Shown here piece by piece: positions 17,539 through 25,810 of a DNA stretch of 64,000 nt. Each line of letters opens with the position of its first letter. Position 1 is the stretch's first letter. Origin of the DNA: Solirubrobacteraceae bacterium (lineage in GTDB: Bacteria > Actinomycetota > Thermoleophilia > Solirubrobacterales > Solirubrobacteraceae); NCBI GenBank assembly GCA_049976865.1, contig JBMFHK010000001.1, forward strand, positions 31,259 to 95,258, in the 5' to 3' direction. Below the pieces are notes generated by a model. It ran no database searches. It was not told the origin of the DNA and saw only the letters and a program-made list of their open reading frames with translations. Position numbers and translations under genes: made by a program.

Positions 17539-18874
17539 GAGAGGGCGGGGACCGTGGGCTGGCAGGCGGCTTCACTTCGTCGGTGTTGGCGGGGCAGGGA
17601 TGAGCGGTCTGGCGCTGATCGCTGTTGCCCTGGGCGCATCCGTCAGCGGCTCTGATCGCAGCGACTCGCCCTACCTGCAGCCGCTCAGAGATGCCGGTGT
17701 GGTGCCGGCGCTCGGCCATGCGGCCGCGAACGTGCCGCCTGGAGCCCAGGTCGTGTACTCAACGGCGATCGATCCGGCTAACCCAGAACGGACCGCGGGT
17801 CTGCCGGAGCATGGCGGCGGCGGCGTTCTGCATCGCTCTGAACTGCTGGCCGAGATTGCAGGGCGCAAACGCTGTCTGGCGGTCAGCGGCGCTGCTGGTA
17901 AGACCACCACTTCAGCGATGATCGTCCACATCCTGCAAAGCTGCGGTATGGATCCGGCCTATGTGGTGGGCGGCGAGCTGGTCGACACCGGACGTAACGC
18001 TGGCTGGGGGACTGGGGACTGGATTGTCGTTGAGGCGGATGAGTCGGATCGTTCACTGCTCAACTATGTACCGGAGATCGCTGTGCTGACCAACAGTGAG
18101 CTTGATCATCACAGCACCTATCGCTCACGACTGGACTTGGAAGCGACATTCGCGACCTTTTTGGCGCGGGCTAAGGTGGCGGTCGTCTGGGACCGTCCCG
18201 GCCTGCTGGAACTTGCGCGGGGGGCAGCCGAAGCGACTGCCTATGACATCCAGCAGCCGCGCCTTGACCGCACGGGTGCGAGCTTCCAGTGGCACGGCAT
18301 TGACGTGTGGGTGCCGATGCCTGGACACCACAATGCGCTCAACGCCGCTGGCGCACTGACCGCCAGCGTGGCGGCCGGTGCGGAGCCGGCCGCGGCCGCT
18401 GCGGCACTGGCTGATTTCCACGGGGTCAAGCGGCGGATGCAGTTGCTTGGCCGTCACGCCAGCGGCGCTCAGATCTACGATGACTACGCCCACCATCCCA
18501 TGAAGGTTCAGGCTGCGCTGGCGGCGGCTCGGACGTTGCAGCCAGCACGGCTGGTGGTCGTCTTTCAACCACATCTTTTCTCGCGCACCAAGGCGCTTGC
18601 CTCTGAGTTCGGCCGGGCGTTGGCGCCAGCAGACCTGTGCTGTGTTACAGACGTGTACCCCGCACGCGAGAACCATGCTGATTTTCCAGGCGTTGACGGG
18701 CGGCTGGTCGCCGCGGCTGCCGCTGACGCAGGCGGCGCTGTGGCCTGGATGCCACGGCTGGATGACGCTGCGCGTTGGCTGGATGGCACGCTGCGTGAAG
18801 GCGACCTTTGTGTGGTTATGGGCGCCGGCAATATCGACTCGCTCGGACGCGCGCTCGTGGGAGCGCAAAGCTGA
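17528..18874 (+). CDS. murC: UDP-N-acetylmuramate:L-alanine ligase
   Basis: Motifs LHFVGVGGAGMSGLA and SGAAGKTTTSAM. The start ATG at 17528 overlaps the murG end. Confidence 0.9.
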   Translation: MGAERGRGPWAGRRLHFVGVGGAGMSGLALIAVALGASVSGSDRSDSPYLQPLRDAGVVPALGHAAANVPPGAQVVYSTAIDPANPERTAGLPEHGGGGVLHRSELLAEIAGRKRCLAVSGAAGKTTTSAMIVHILQSCGMDPAYVVGGELVDTGRNAGWGTGDWIVVEADESDRSLLNYVPEIAVLTNSELDHHSTYRSRLDLEATFATFLARAKVAVVWDRPGLLELARGAAEATAYDIQQPRLDRTGASFQWHGIDVWVPMPGHHNALNAAGALTASVAAGAEPAAAAAALADFHGVKRRMQLLGRHASGAQIYDDYAHHPMKVQAALAAARTLQPARLVVVFQPHLFSRTKALASEFGRALAPADLCCVTDVYPARENHADFPGVDGRLVAAAAADAGGAVAWMPRLDDAARWLDGTLREGDLCVVMGAGNIDSLGRALVGAQS

Positions 18875-19842
18875 TGCGGGCCGTGACCGGGCCCAGCGTC
18901 CGGACTGCACGCTCGCTGTCGTGGCTGCCTGCCGGTGTCCAGCGTGACTTTCCCCTGAGGCGTCTGACGACGATCCGCACCGGCGGTGTCGCTGAGTTCT
19001 TCGCACGCCCAGGGAGCGCCGAGCAGCTGGAGGAGCTGCTCGCCTGGGCAAAATCCGTGGCTGTGGAGGTAGGGGTCGTTGGCTCGGGGTCGAATCTGCT
19101 GGTAGCGGACGCGGGTGTACCGGGTCTGGTGATCAAATTGGACGGAGCATTCACAGAGATCGATACCAGTCCTGGAGACGAAGGACGTCTGCGCTGCGGG
19201 GCTGGCGCTAGGCTGCCGGCGGTTGCCGCGGCAGCGGCAACCGCCGGGCTGAGCGGTATCGAGTTTGGTATCAGCATCCCCGGGACGGTTGGTGGAGCGG
19301 TCCGCATGAACGCCAACGCTTATGGGGGTTCGCTGGCGGCCGTGCTTGAGTGGGTGGACGTAACCTCCGGTGTCGGCACGCAGCGCCGGAGACCCACTGA
19401 ACTAGGGTTTGCTTACCGACGCTCGAACCTGGCGGACGGTGAGATCGTCGTCAGCGCGGGGTTTAGTCTCAGCCGGGCCGAGCCGGAGCTGGTCAAGGTG
19501 ACGCTTGCGCAGTTGCGCCGTCGCCGCCGTGCGGCGCAACCCGCTGGCATCAGAACGTTTGGATCGACATTTCGCAACCCCAGTGATCCGCGAGCCGAGG
19601 GCCGTACCGCTGGACAGTTGCTGGACGCCGCCGGCTGTCGCGGATTGCGGATCGGAAACGCGGGTTTCAGCGAGAAACACGCCAACTTCATCCAGAACTT
19701 CGGGGACGCAACGACTGCTGAGGTGGTTGCGGTGATGTCTGAAGGACACCGCCGTGTGCGCGAGCTATTCGGCGTGAGCCTGCAGCCGGAGGTACAGACG
19801 CTGGGCCAGGTCGGATTTCCGGACGACTGGTGGTCGCTGTGA
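18874..19842 (+). CDS. murB: UDP-N-acetylenolpyruvoylglucosamine reductase
   Basis: FAD-binding region (RTGGVAEFF, GSGSNLLV) and C-terminal GSTFRNP. The start forms a TGATG overlap with the murC stop. Confidence 0.9.
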   Translation: MRAVTGPSVRTARSLSWLPAGVQRDFPLRRLTTIRTGGVAEFFARPGSAEQLEELLAWAKSVAVEVGVVGSGSNLLVADAGVPGLVIKLDGAFTEIDTSPGDEGRLRCGAGARLPAVAAAAATAGLSGIEFGISIPGTVGGAVRMNANAYGGSLAAVLEWVDVTSGVGTQRRRPTELGFAYRRSNLADGEIVVSAGFSLSRAEPELVKVTLAQLRRRRRAAQPAGIRTFGSTFRNPSDPRAEGRTAGQLLDAAGCRGLRIGNAGFSEKHANFIQNFGDATTAEVVAVMSEGHRRVRELFGVSLQPEVQTLGQVGFPDDWWSL

Positions 19843-20678
19843 GTACCGGCAGCGGGCCGGCGCGGCGCTGGTGGCTCAGGCGGCGCGTGTCAAGCGTCGA
19901 GTTTCATGTTCCAAACCGCCATCGGCGCGCCACCAGGGTCTTGATCGCTGTGGTCAGTGCGGGCCTGCTCGGTTGGTTGGGCTGGCTTTGGTTTCAGAAC
20001 TCCGCCTTTGTGCGCGTCAGGCACGTGACCGTTGTCGGGTTGAGCGGACCGGACGTTGTACGCATTCGCTCCCAACTGACCAGCGCGGCGCTTGCGATGA
20101 CAACTCTGAACATGAGCGCAGCACGTTTGAAGGCCGCGGTGGCGGCATATCCTGTCGTGCAAGCCGTTTCGCTGCAGGCGCACGGCGCCCACAGTCTGAC
20201 CATCAGGGTCGTTGAGCAGGTGCCGGTAGCGCAGATCGAGGAGGGCGGGAAAACCGAGTTGGTTGATGCCAGCGAGCAGGTTCTGGCACGCAGTCCGCTT
20301 GCCCACAGCTCGCTGCCACGGCTTCTGCTGCGGGCGGCTCCACCAGCCTCGGTCATCAGCGCGCCAGGTGCGCGTGCCGCGGTGGCTGTGCTGGCGGCGG
20401 CTCCCTACCGTCTGCTGGCGCACATTCAGAGTGCGACCTGGTCTGCTTTACATGGGGTGATCCTGCAGTTGCGCGGCGGCCCTCAGATCTACTTTGGCGA
20501 GACCGCCGAGCTCGCTCTCAAGTGGAATGCTGCCGTCGCTGTGCTCCAGAACGCCACCTCGCAGGGTGCCGCTTACATCGATGTCTCCGATCCGCGTCGC
20601 CCGGCGGCCGGGGTCGGCGTCTCCAACCAGCAGGCCGCGGCCTTGGGTCTGGTAAGCCAGCTCAACACCACTGGTTAG
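19830..20678 (+). CDS. ftsQ: cell division protein FtsQ (POTRA domain)
   Basis: N-terminal TM (VLIAVVSAGLLGWLGWLWF), then a POTRA-like segment (VRVRHVTVVGLSGPDVVRIRSQL). It occupies the expected position after murB. Confidence 0.8.
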   Translation: MVAVSTGSGPARRWWLRRRVSSVEFHVPNRHRRATRVLIAVVSAGLLGWLGWLWFQNSAFVRVRHVTVVGLSGPDVVRIRSQLTSAALAMTTLNMSAARLKAAVAAYPVVQAVSLQAHGAHSLTIRVVEQVPVAQIEEGGKTELVDASEQVLARSPLAHSSLPRLLLRAAPPASVISAPGARAAVAVLAAAPYRLLAHIQSATWSALHGVILQLRGGPQIYFGETAELALKWNAAVAVLQNATSQGAAYIDVSDPRRPAAGVGVSNQQAAALGLVSQLNTTG

Positions 20679-20781
20679 CCGGCCGCTGGCCAGGGCGGAT
20701 AGATCGCGGCGCAGCCCGGCGGGCGTGTAGCGGGCGTGTTGTGCCGGCGGTGAGCTCAGAGGCGGCGTGAGAGGGAGTCAG

Positions 20782-20880
20782 GATGCACAAACTGCGCGCC
20801 TGAAAGGCGATTTGTGCATCTGATGCCGAAAACCGGCGGGTTTTTGCGCAAACTGGCTTTGCGCAGCGCAGCTTGTGCAT
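20782..20880. repeat. cluster of five TTTGYGCA octamers with nested hairpins
   Basis: Octamers lie at 20784 (inverted), 20811, 20843, 20858 and 20872 (this last one reads CTTGTGCA). GATGCACAAA (20782..20791) pairs with TTTGTGCATC (20811..20820), with an inner CGCC/GGCG stem. There is also a hairpin AAAACC-GGCG-GGTTTT (20829..20844). Confidence 0.7.
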
Positions 20881-20886
20881 TTCATG

Positions 20887-21008
20887 GCGCTTCGCCACGC
20901 GCGCGACGGTTTGCCGTCCGCCAGTGCTCTGACCTCTTCGGATTCGAGCGCTTCACCGCGCGCGCGACGGTCTGCCTGCCGCGATCGACCTCAAACCCGG
21001 TCGCTGAC
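20887..21008. repeat. degenerate 61-nt tandem duplication (29-nt cores match 26/29)
   Basis: GCGCTTCGCCACGCGCGCGACGGTTTGCC at 20887..20915 matches GCGCTTCACCGCGCGCGCGACGGTCTGCC at 20948..20976. Confidence 0.7.
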
Positions 21009-21181
21009 ACGGCCAGTGAAACCAAACCAGCTGTAAAGCGCCGCCGAGTCAGGTTGGCTCTTCGCTGGTTTTCGTGGTTGGCGTGCGCTGAGGTCTGGTT
21101 TGCTGGGCGGCTTGTGATCCTCGATGAGGGGAGCCCGGTACGCAGGACCAGGACCTGCTGCTCTTTCAGGCCGCGCTGGGG

Positions 21182-21718
21182 TTGACAGCCCCGCGGCAAG
21201 TCACGTCGGGTGTGTTTGACCGTGACACCCGGCGGTGGATCCGCGGGCTGCGCAACCTCCCGTTTCGCGAGTTCGCCAAAAACCAGGTGTGGCCACCGCG
21301 CGTGATGCTCGCCCAGGACCTCATCGCCATAACCCAGCAGCTTTGCCTCAAAGACCAGGCACGTCGCCGGGAGCTCAAACGGCTTGAGCCACCGGCTGGC
21401 GCACCAGTCAGGCCGCATCAGCGCCCGCACACCCGCCGGACCGTGCTGAGACTCTCCGGCTCCTGGCCGTGGGCCGGGCTGCTCGCGGCTGGCAAGACGG
21501 GACTGCTCTCGCTCCGCGCCTACGGATTCCGCTCCCCCGACGCCCTGATCTACCTCTGCTGCGGCGGCATCCAGATCGCGCTCCCGCACCGCCAAGTCAC
21601 CCCCAAACCGAGAGGAGAGCCCTATTTCCCACTGGCACCCCTGGCGTTGACAAAGGGCCCGGGGGAGATACGCTGCACCGTAGAGGATCAGGCTCGGTTG
21701 GGGCCGGCAGGGTCGTGA
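21182..21718 (+). pseudogene. C-terminal remnant of an IS1380-family-like transposase
   Basis: GLRNLPFREFAKNQVW...ELKRL...RRTVLRLSGSWPWAGLL resembles, from memory, the conserved IS1380 C-terminal block (GLRNLP..F..NQ.W...EPKRLR...RL.L....WPW). No intact N-terminal catalytic part lies upstream. Confidence 0.5.
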
Positions 21719-21797
21719 AGCGTCGGCGATACGTCGGGTCGGCCTGCGAACGGGGTGCCTCTGGGTAAGGCATGAAGTGGTCGAGATTGGGGCGGTA

Positions 21798-22937
21798 ATG
21801 ATGCGCGGGACTTCGGGGAAGGGCGTCAAGCGAGCCGTCGCCGTGCTTGTGGCAGGTCTCGTCGTAGCATCGGTGGCGCAGGCAAGTCCTGCGGTTGCAA
21901 GCGTTGTCTCCGTCGGCGTGCAGCTCGGGAATGTGACCGGCCCGGGCACGATCACTGTTGCGGTCGCACAGTACAGCAACTACGACAACGCAGGCGTGCC
22001 GCAAACGATCACCGAGGTGCCGCTTGAGACCGTGGCGGTCCCGAGTGGCGGCAGTCAGACGATCGAAGTCCCGGCCTCTGCGCTTGCGCAGTACACGGCA
22101 CAAGCTGGTGTTGTCAACCTTCAGCTCACGGCGACGTTCGGTAGCGAGGTGTCGGTTGCCGCGACACCGCTGAGCGTTTCTCCCGCTGCCGCGGGCTTGG
22201 CGACGGCGGCCCGTGACCTGCCGGGCCATCTCCGCGTGCGGTTTACGCGCTTTCACAGGCTGCCGCATCTTGTGGCGGGTGGAGGGCATGCCGCCGCCGG
22301 GGGCGGCTGTGTATGGCAGGCGAGCGGATCTGAGACCGAACACTCCGCTCGGATCGGCGAGCTGCACGTGGCCAACGCGTCTGGCGCTTCGGCAACATAC
22401 CATTACAGTCAGCAGGCGGACAGCACCTTCGGCGTGGAGTACTCGGACTCGGGCCCGACAAGCGGCTATTCAGAGTCCGGGACCGCCTCTGTGGGGAACT
22501 CTTGGGGCACGAACGCGAGCTTGTACGGTGGCCAGGGTTACCTGTGGTACATCGACAGCCACTTCTACTCAGAGACCTACCGCAGCAACTACAGCACCAC
22601 CGGTACCTGGGCCTGCGGAAGTGAATACATGACCCAGGTGGTTTCAGCCGTTGGCGACGTGTACCAGGGCACGAACCAGCCTCGGGCCAACCCGTATGGA
22701 ACCTGCACCAACGACCCGTATGGTTACGCGACGGTTAACCCCCATGGTTCGTGGGGCACCGATCGCGGCCGGGCGCAGTCCTATAGCGTGTCGCTGTCGA
22801 TCTTCGGCGTCGGCCTTTACGGCGATACAGGATTCAACAGCAACATCAACATCACGTATCGCAACGCGAGCAGCAGTGACCAGTATGTTTGCGGCACCAC
22901 ATACATGTCCGACGTGCCGGTCCTCTATGAGAGCTGA
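21798..22937 (+). CDS. secreted protein of unknown function, with a Tyr/Ser/Gly/Thr/Asn-rich C-terminal domain
   Basis: Signal peptide (KRAVAVLVAGLVVASVAQA|SP), then a beta-strand-like N-terminal domain. The last ~180 aa contain 21 Tyr and three Cys (WACGSEY, YGTCTND, YVCGTTY). Codon structure is clean. Confidence 0.7.
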   Translation: MMRGTSGKGVKRAVAVLVAGLVVASVAQASPAVASVVSVGVQLGNVTGPGTITVAVAQYSNYDNAGVPQTITEVPLETVAVPSGGSQTIEVPASALAQYTAQAGVVNLQLTATFGSEVSVAATPLSVSPAAAGLATAARDLPGHLRVRFTRFHRLPHLVAGGGHAAAGGGCVWQASGSETEHSARIGELHVANASGASATYHYSQQADSTFGVEYSDSGPTSGYSESGTASVGNSWGTNASLYGGQGYLWYIDSHFYSETYRSNYSTTGTWACGSEYMTQVVSAVGDVYQGTNQPRANPYGTCTNDPYGYATVNPHGSWGTDRGRAQSYSVSLSIFGVGLYGDTGFNSNINITYRNASSSDQYVCGTTYMSDVPVLYES

Positions 22938-22948
22938 CGTTGTAAGCG

Positions 22949-23569
22949 ATGGCAGCTGCCCGCACAAGGACGATCGGCAGGTCAAAGCTCAGCCGGGCAC
23001 GCTTGGTGGTGTTCGCCTGTAGCACGGTAATTGCCGCGGCAGGATGCGACTCGACGATAGCCGGCCTGAACGGGAACGCTGGCGCCGGGATTGCAGGAGC
23101 AGTCCAGGTTTTGCCTGGGCAAGCTGGGACCACCACCGTGTGGATCGTCAATCACTCGGGGAGCAGAGTTATTTTCCGTAGCGCCCGCCTGATGAGGCTG
23201 CCGGGCTACCGGCTGCCGCGCTTTGCGGGCGTGTGGCTGGAACCGACCCCGAGGATAGTTGGCGTCGGGAGCGGCACGCCACCCCGATCGACCAGCGAGG
23301 GGCGTGTGGTGCAGTATCAGGGGATACCTGTTACGCGGTTAGCCGGGTTTGTGCTTGAACCGGGTCAGACCGCCCGGGTTCTCTATGGCATGGTCGATGA
23401 GCACCTGGGCCACTACGCCGCGCGTGGCATTGTCGTCACGGTCAGCGCAGCACGGGGCCAGACAGCCACGGTTGACGCGCTCGGCGCAGGCGCTATCTGC
23501 GTGGTCAAGAGCCTGAAGGGCGTGTGCGACCCGTTCAGCCCCGCGTTTCGCCCGCCCGGTTCCGGATAG
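22949..23569 (+). CDS. putative lipoprotein of unknown function (206 aa)
   Basis: A basic N-terminus and hydrophobic stretch end in a lipobox-like IAAAGC|DS. The gene starts 11 nt after the preceding gene, suggesting co-transcription. Confidence 0.65.
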   Translation: MAAARTRTIGRSKLSRARLVVFACSTVIAAAGCDSTIAGLNGNAGAGIAGAVQVLPGQAGTTTVWIVNHSGSRVIFRSARLMRLPGYRLPRFAGVWLEPTPRIVGVGSGTPPRSTSEGRVVQYQGIPVTRLAGFVLEPGQTARVLYGMVDEHLGHYAARGIVVTVSAARGQTATVDALGAGAICVVKSLKGVCDPFSPAFRPPGSG

Positions 23570-23799
23570 GGCGCGATACGCGCAGCGGCTGGTGATCTGA
23601 CGCCAGCTCTAATCCTGCTTGTGGCCCACGGCCGCAGGGGCCGCACGCCACCTACGTGACGCTCAAGCGCACCGCCGCCTTGCTGCGGAAAGGCGGGTCC
23701 TCGACGCTAACCTGGGTCGCAGATGCCAGGCGGAGCCGTGAACGCGACCTACTCCGCGCCGGCGCGTTTCGTGGTTCGCGACGGCCGTTTGGTGGTCGC

Positions 23800-24361
23800 C
23801 TTCTGGCTGCTGGTGGCGGTGGCGACCGGGGCGCTGCCACGTCCGCTCTCACCTCGCAAAGGCGGTCGACGAGGTCCGCCGTGGATAGGTCAAGCACAAC
23901 CGGGAGCTGCTGGCGAATGCGCGGTACATGTAGCTCAAACGGCCAGCGAACCTCACTGAGAAGCAGCGGGATCTGCTGGATGAGCTGCTCGCCCAGCCGC
24001 TTGAGACGGTGCGTGCCTACACCCTCGCACAACAGTTCGACAGCTTCTATGAGATCCCAGGCCCCGATACCGCGCAGGAGTATCTGCGCCGCTGGATCAC
24101 CGAGGTCGACGCAAGCGGGCTTGAGCCAGTCAAACGGTTCGCAAGGATGCTCGAGGATCACTGGTCCGAGGTGATCCGCTGGCATCACAGCCAGATCAGC
24201 AACGGGCTGCTCGAAGGCTTCAACTCACTCATCCAGGCAGCGAAACGCCGTGCCCGCGGATACCGCACGAACCGCAACTCCATCGCGATGATCTACCTCA
24301 TCGCAGGCAAACTCAACGCCGGCCCCGTCATCGCGTAACCCACCCGAATCAGCGAGGAGCC
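23800..24361 (+). mobile_element. 3' remnant of an ISL3-family element (transposase pseudogene with in-frame stops, plus terminal inverted repeat)
   Basis: One frame reads ...HVRSHLAKAVDEVRRG*VKHNRELLANARYM*LKRPANLTEKQRDLLDELLAQPLETVRAYTLAQQFDSFY...HWSEVIRWHHSQISNGLLEGFNSLIQAAKRRARGYRTNRNSIAMIYLIAGKL. That is the ISL3 DDE C-terminal signature, interrupted by TAG stops at 23886 and 23931. The reverse complement of 24339..24361 is GGCTCCTCGCTGATTCGGGTGGG, a GGCTCTTCG-type ISL3 end. The left boundary is approximate. Confidence 0.75.
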
Positions 24362-24565
24362 GTCCGGTTGCGGGCAGGGGCGATCAACACCATTCCCCCG
24401 CAACTGGATCCCTGAAACTTCTATAGCGCTCCGGCCCAGATCGCCACGAGATCACAGCCCAAACCAAGCCGCCGACATCTGAATAGTCGCGGCCAGACGG
24501 ACGTTTTCGGGTTAGGGCGACCGGGCTTTTTGCGTGCAACGTTCGTTGCGGACTCACGGCGATCG

Positions 24566-24595
24566 TTGACGCGGCCGAAGACGAACACGTAACGT
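24566..24595 (+). promoter_or_regulatory. candidate ftsZ promoter
   Basis: TTGACG (24566..24571), an 18-nt spacer, then TAACGT (24590..24595), about 70 nt upstream of the ftsZ ATG. This is sequence-pattern evidence only. Confidence 0.35.
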
Positions 24596-24665
24596 GCGAA
24601 ACTCCGCGATAAGCGGAGCCAGTGGCAAACCTTCATCTTTAACCAAGGGCCGGACGAGAATCACC

Positions 24666-25763
24666 ATGGAAAGCGGCAGCTATCTCGCAGTTATCAAGGT
24701 CGTAGGTGTCGGCGGGGGTGGTACCAACGCCGTCAATCGCATGGTCGATGCCGGTCTGCGTGGCGTAGAGTTCATTGCGGCCAACACGGACGCCCAGGCG
24801 CTGCAGATGTGCGATGCCGACATCAAGCTCAACATCGGGACGCAGTTGACCAAGGGTCTTGGCGCGGGCGCCAACCCGGAGGTTGGTCAGGGCGCCGCCG
24901 CGGAGTCACGTGACGACATCAAGGAGGCCCTGAAAGGCGCCGACATGGTGTTTGTCACCGCTGGTGAAGGAGGCGGCACAGGTACCGGTGCCGCGCCTGT
25001 GATCGCAGAGATTGCCAAGAATGAGATCGGCGCGCTCACGGTTGGGGTTGTGACGCGTCCGTTCGGATTTGAGGGCGCCCAGCGAGCCAGACAGGCGCAG
25101 GAGGGCATCGAGAGGCTGCGTGAATGTGTCGATACGCTGGTGGTGATTCCCAACGAAAAGCTGCTGGCGGTTGTCGAACGGCGCGCATCATTGACCGATG
25201 CGCTGCGTGAGGCGGACAACGTGCTGCGCCAGGGGGTTCAGGGGATCACCGACCTGATTACGATCCCCGGTCTCATCAACCTTGATTTTGCTGACGTGCG
25301 CACAATCATGCACGGCGCCGGTTCGGCGCTGATGGGGATCGGCGCCTCAAGCGGTGAGAACCGTGCGGCGGAGGCCGCCAAGCAGGCAATTTCATCGCCG
25401 CTGCTTGAGGAGTCGGTTGAAGGCGCCAGCGGGATTCTGCTCAATATCACTGGCGGCCGCGACCTTGGACTGTTTGAAGTGAACGAGGCTGCAGAGATCG
25501 TGCAGAGCGCCGCCGACGCCAACGCCAACATCATCTTCGGTGCCGTGATCGACGATTCGATGTCAGACGAGGTAAGGGTCACCGTGATCGCTACGGGATT
25601 TGATCAGCGGAGCAAGCCCGTGACGGGTAGGTCAACGCGCACTACGCCTCCGGCGCGGCCGCGTCCGGTTGGCCGGGATGTCACACTCGACTCGCGTCAA
25701 CGCTCCTCTTTGGAGATTCGCGACGACGAGATTGATATTCCGGCGTTCCTGAAGGATCGCTGA
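24666..25763 (+). CDS. ftsZ: cell division GTPase FtsZ
   Basis: Motifs [17 protein letters not shown] and [13 protein letters not shown], with a C-terminal peptide [10 protein letters not shown] placed the start at ATG 24666. Confidence 0.95.
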   Translation: MESGSYLAVIKVVGVGGGGTNAVNRMVDAGLRGVEFIAANTDAQALQMCDADIKLNIGTQLTKGLGAGANPEVGQGAAAESRDDIKEALKGADMVFVTAGEGGGTGTGAAPVIAEIAKNEIGALTVGVVTRPFGFEGAQRARQAQEGIERLRECVDTLVVIPNEKLLAVVERRASLTDALREADNVLRQGVQGITDLITIPGLINLDFADVRTIMHGAGSALMGIGASSGENRAAEAAKQAISSPLLEESVEGASGILLNITGGRDLGLFEVNEAAEIVQSAADANANIIFGAVIDDSMSDEVRVTVIATGFDQRSKPVTGRSTRTTPPARPRPVGRDVTLDSRQRSSLEIRDDEIDIPAFLKDR

Positions 25764-25810
25764 GCCGACATTTCTGTGACGCTTCGCGCGCAGGGTCTAT
25801 ACGCTGCGTA

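Noticed and set aside
18125-19051. 308-aa minus-strand ORF, along with many other alternative-frame ORFs in the track (for example 45129..45827, 52603..53406 and 26006..26863)
   Set aside because: All overlap strongly supported plus-strand genes (murC/murB, cmk, rsmB, gcvT) and show biased Arg/Pro/Ala composition.
20882-21979. 365-aa ORF on the minus strand inside the ftsQ-ftsZ islet
   Set aside because: It has Pro/Arg/Thr-rich non-protein-like composition. It runs antisense across the IS1380-like remnant and into the start of the secreted-protein gene. It has no motifs.
25764-25810. Possible glycine riboswitch upstream of gcvT
   Set aside because: Only 47 nt separate the ftsZ stop from the gcvT start, far too short for a glycine riboswitch. 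No conserved aptamer blocks are seen.
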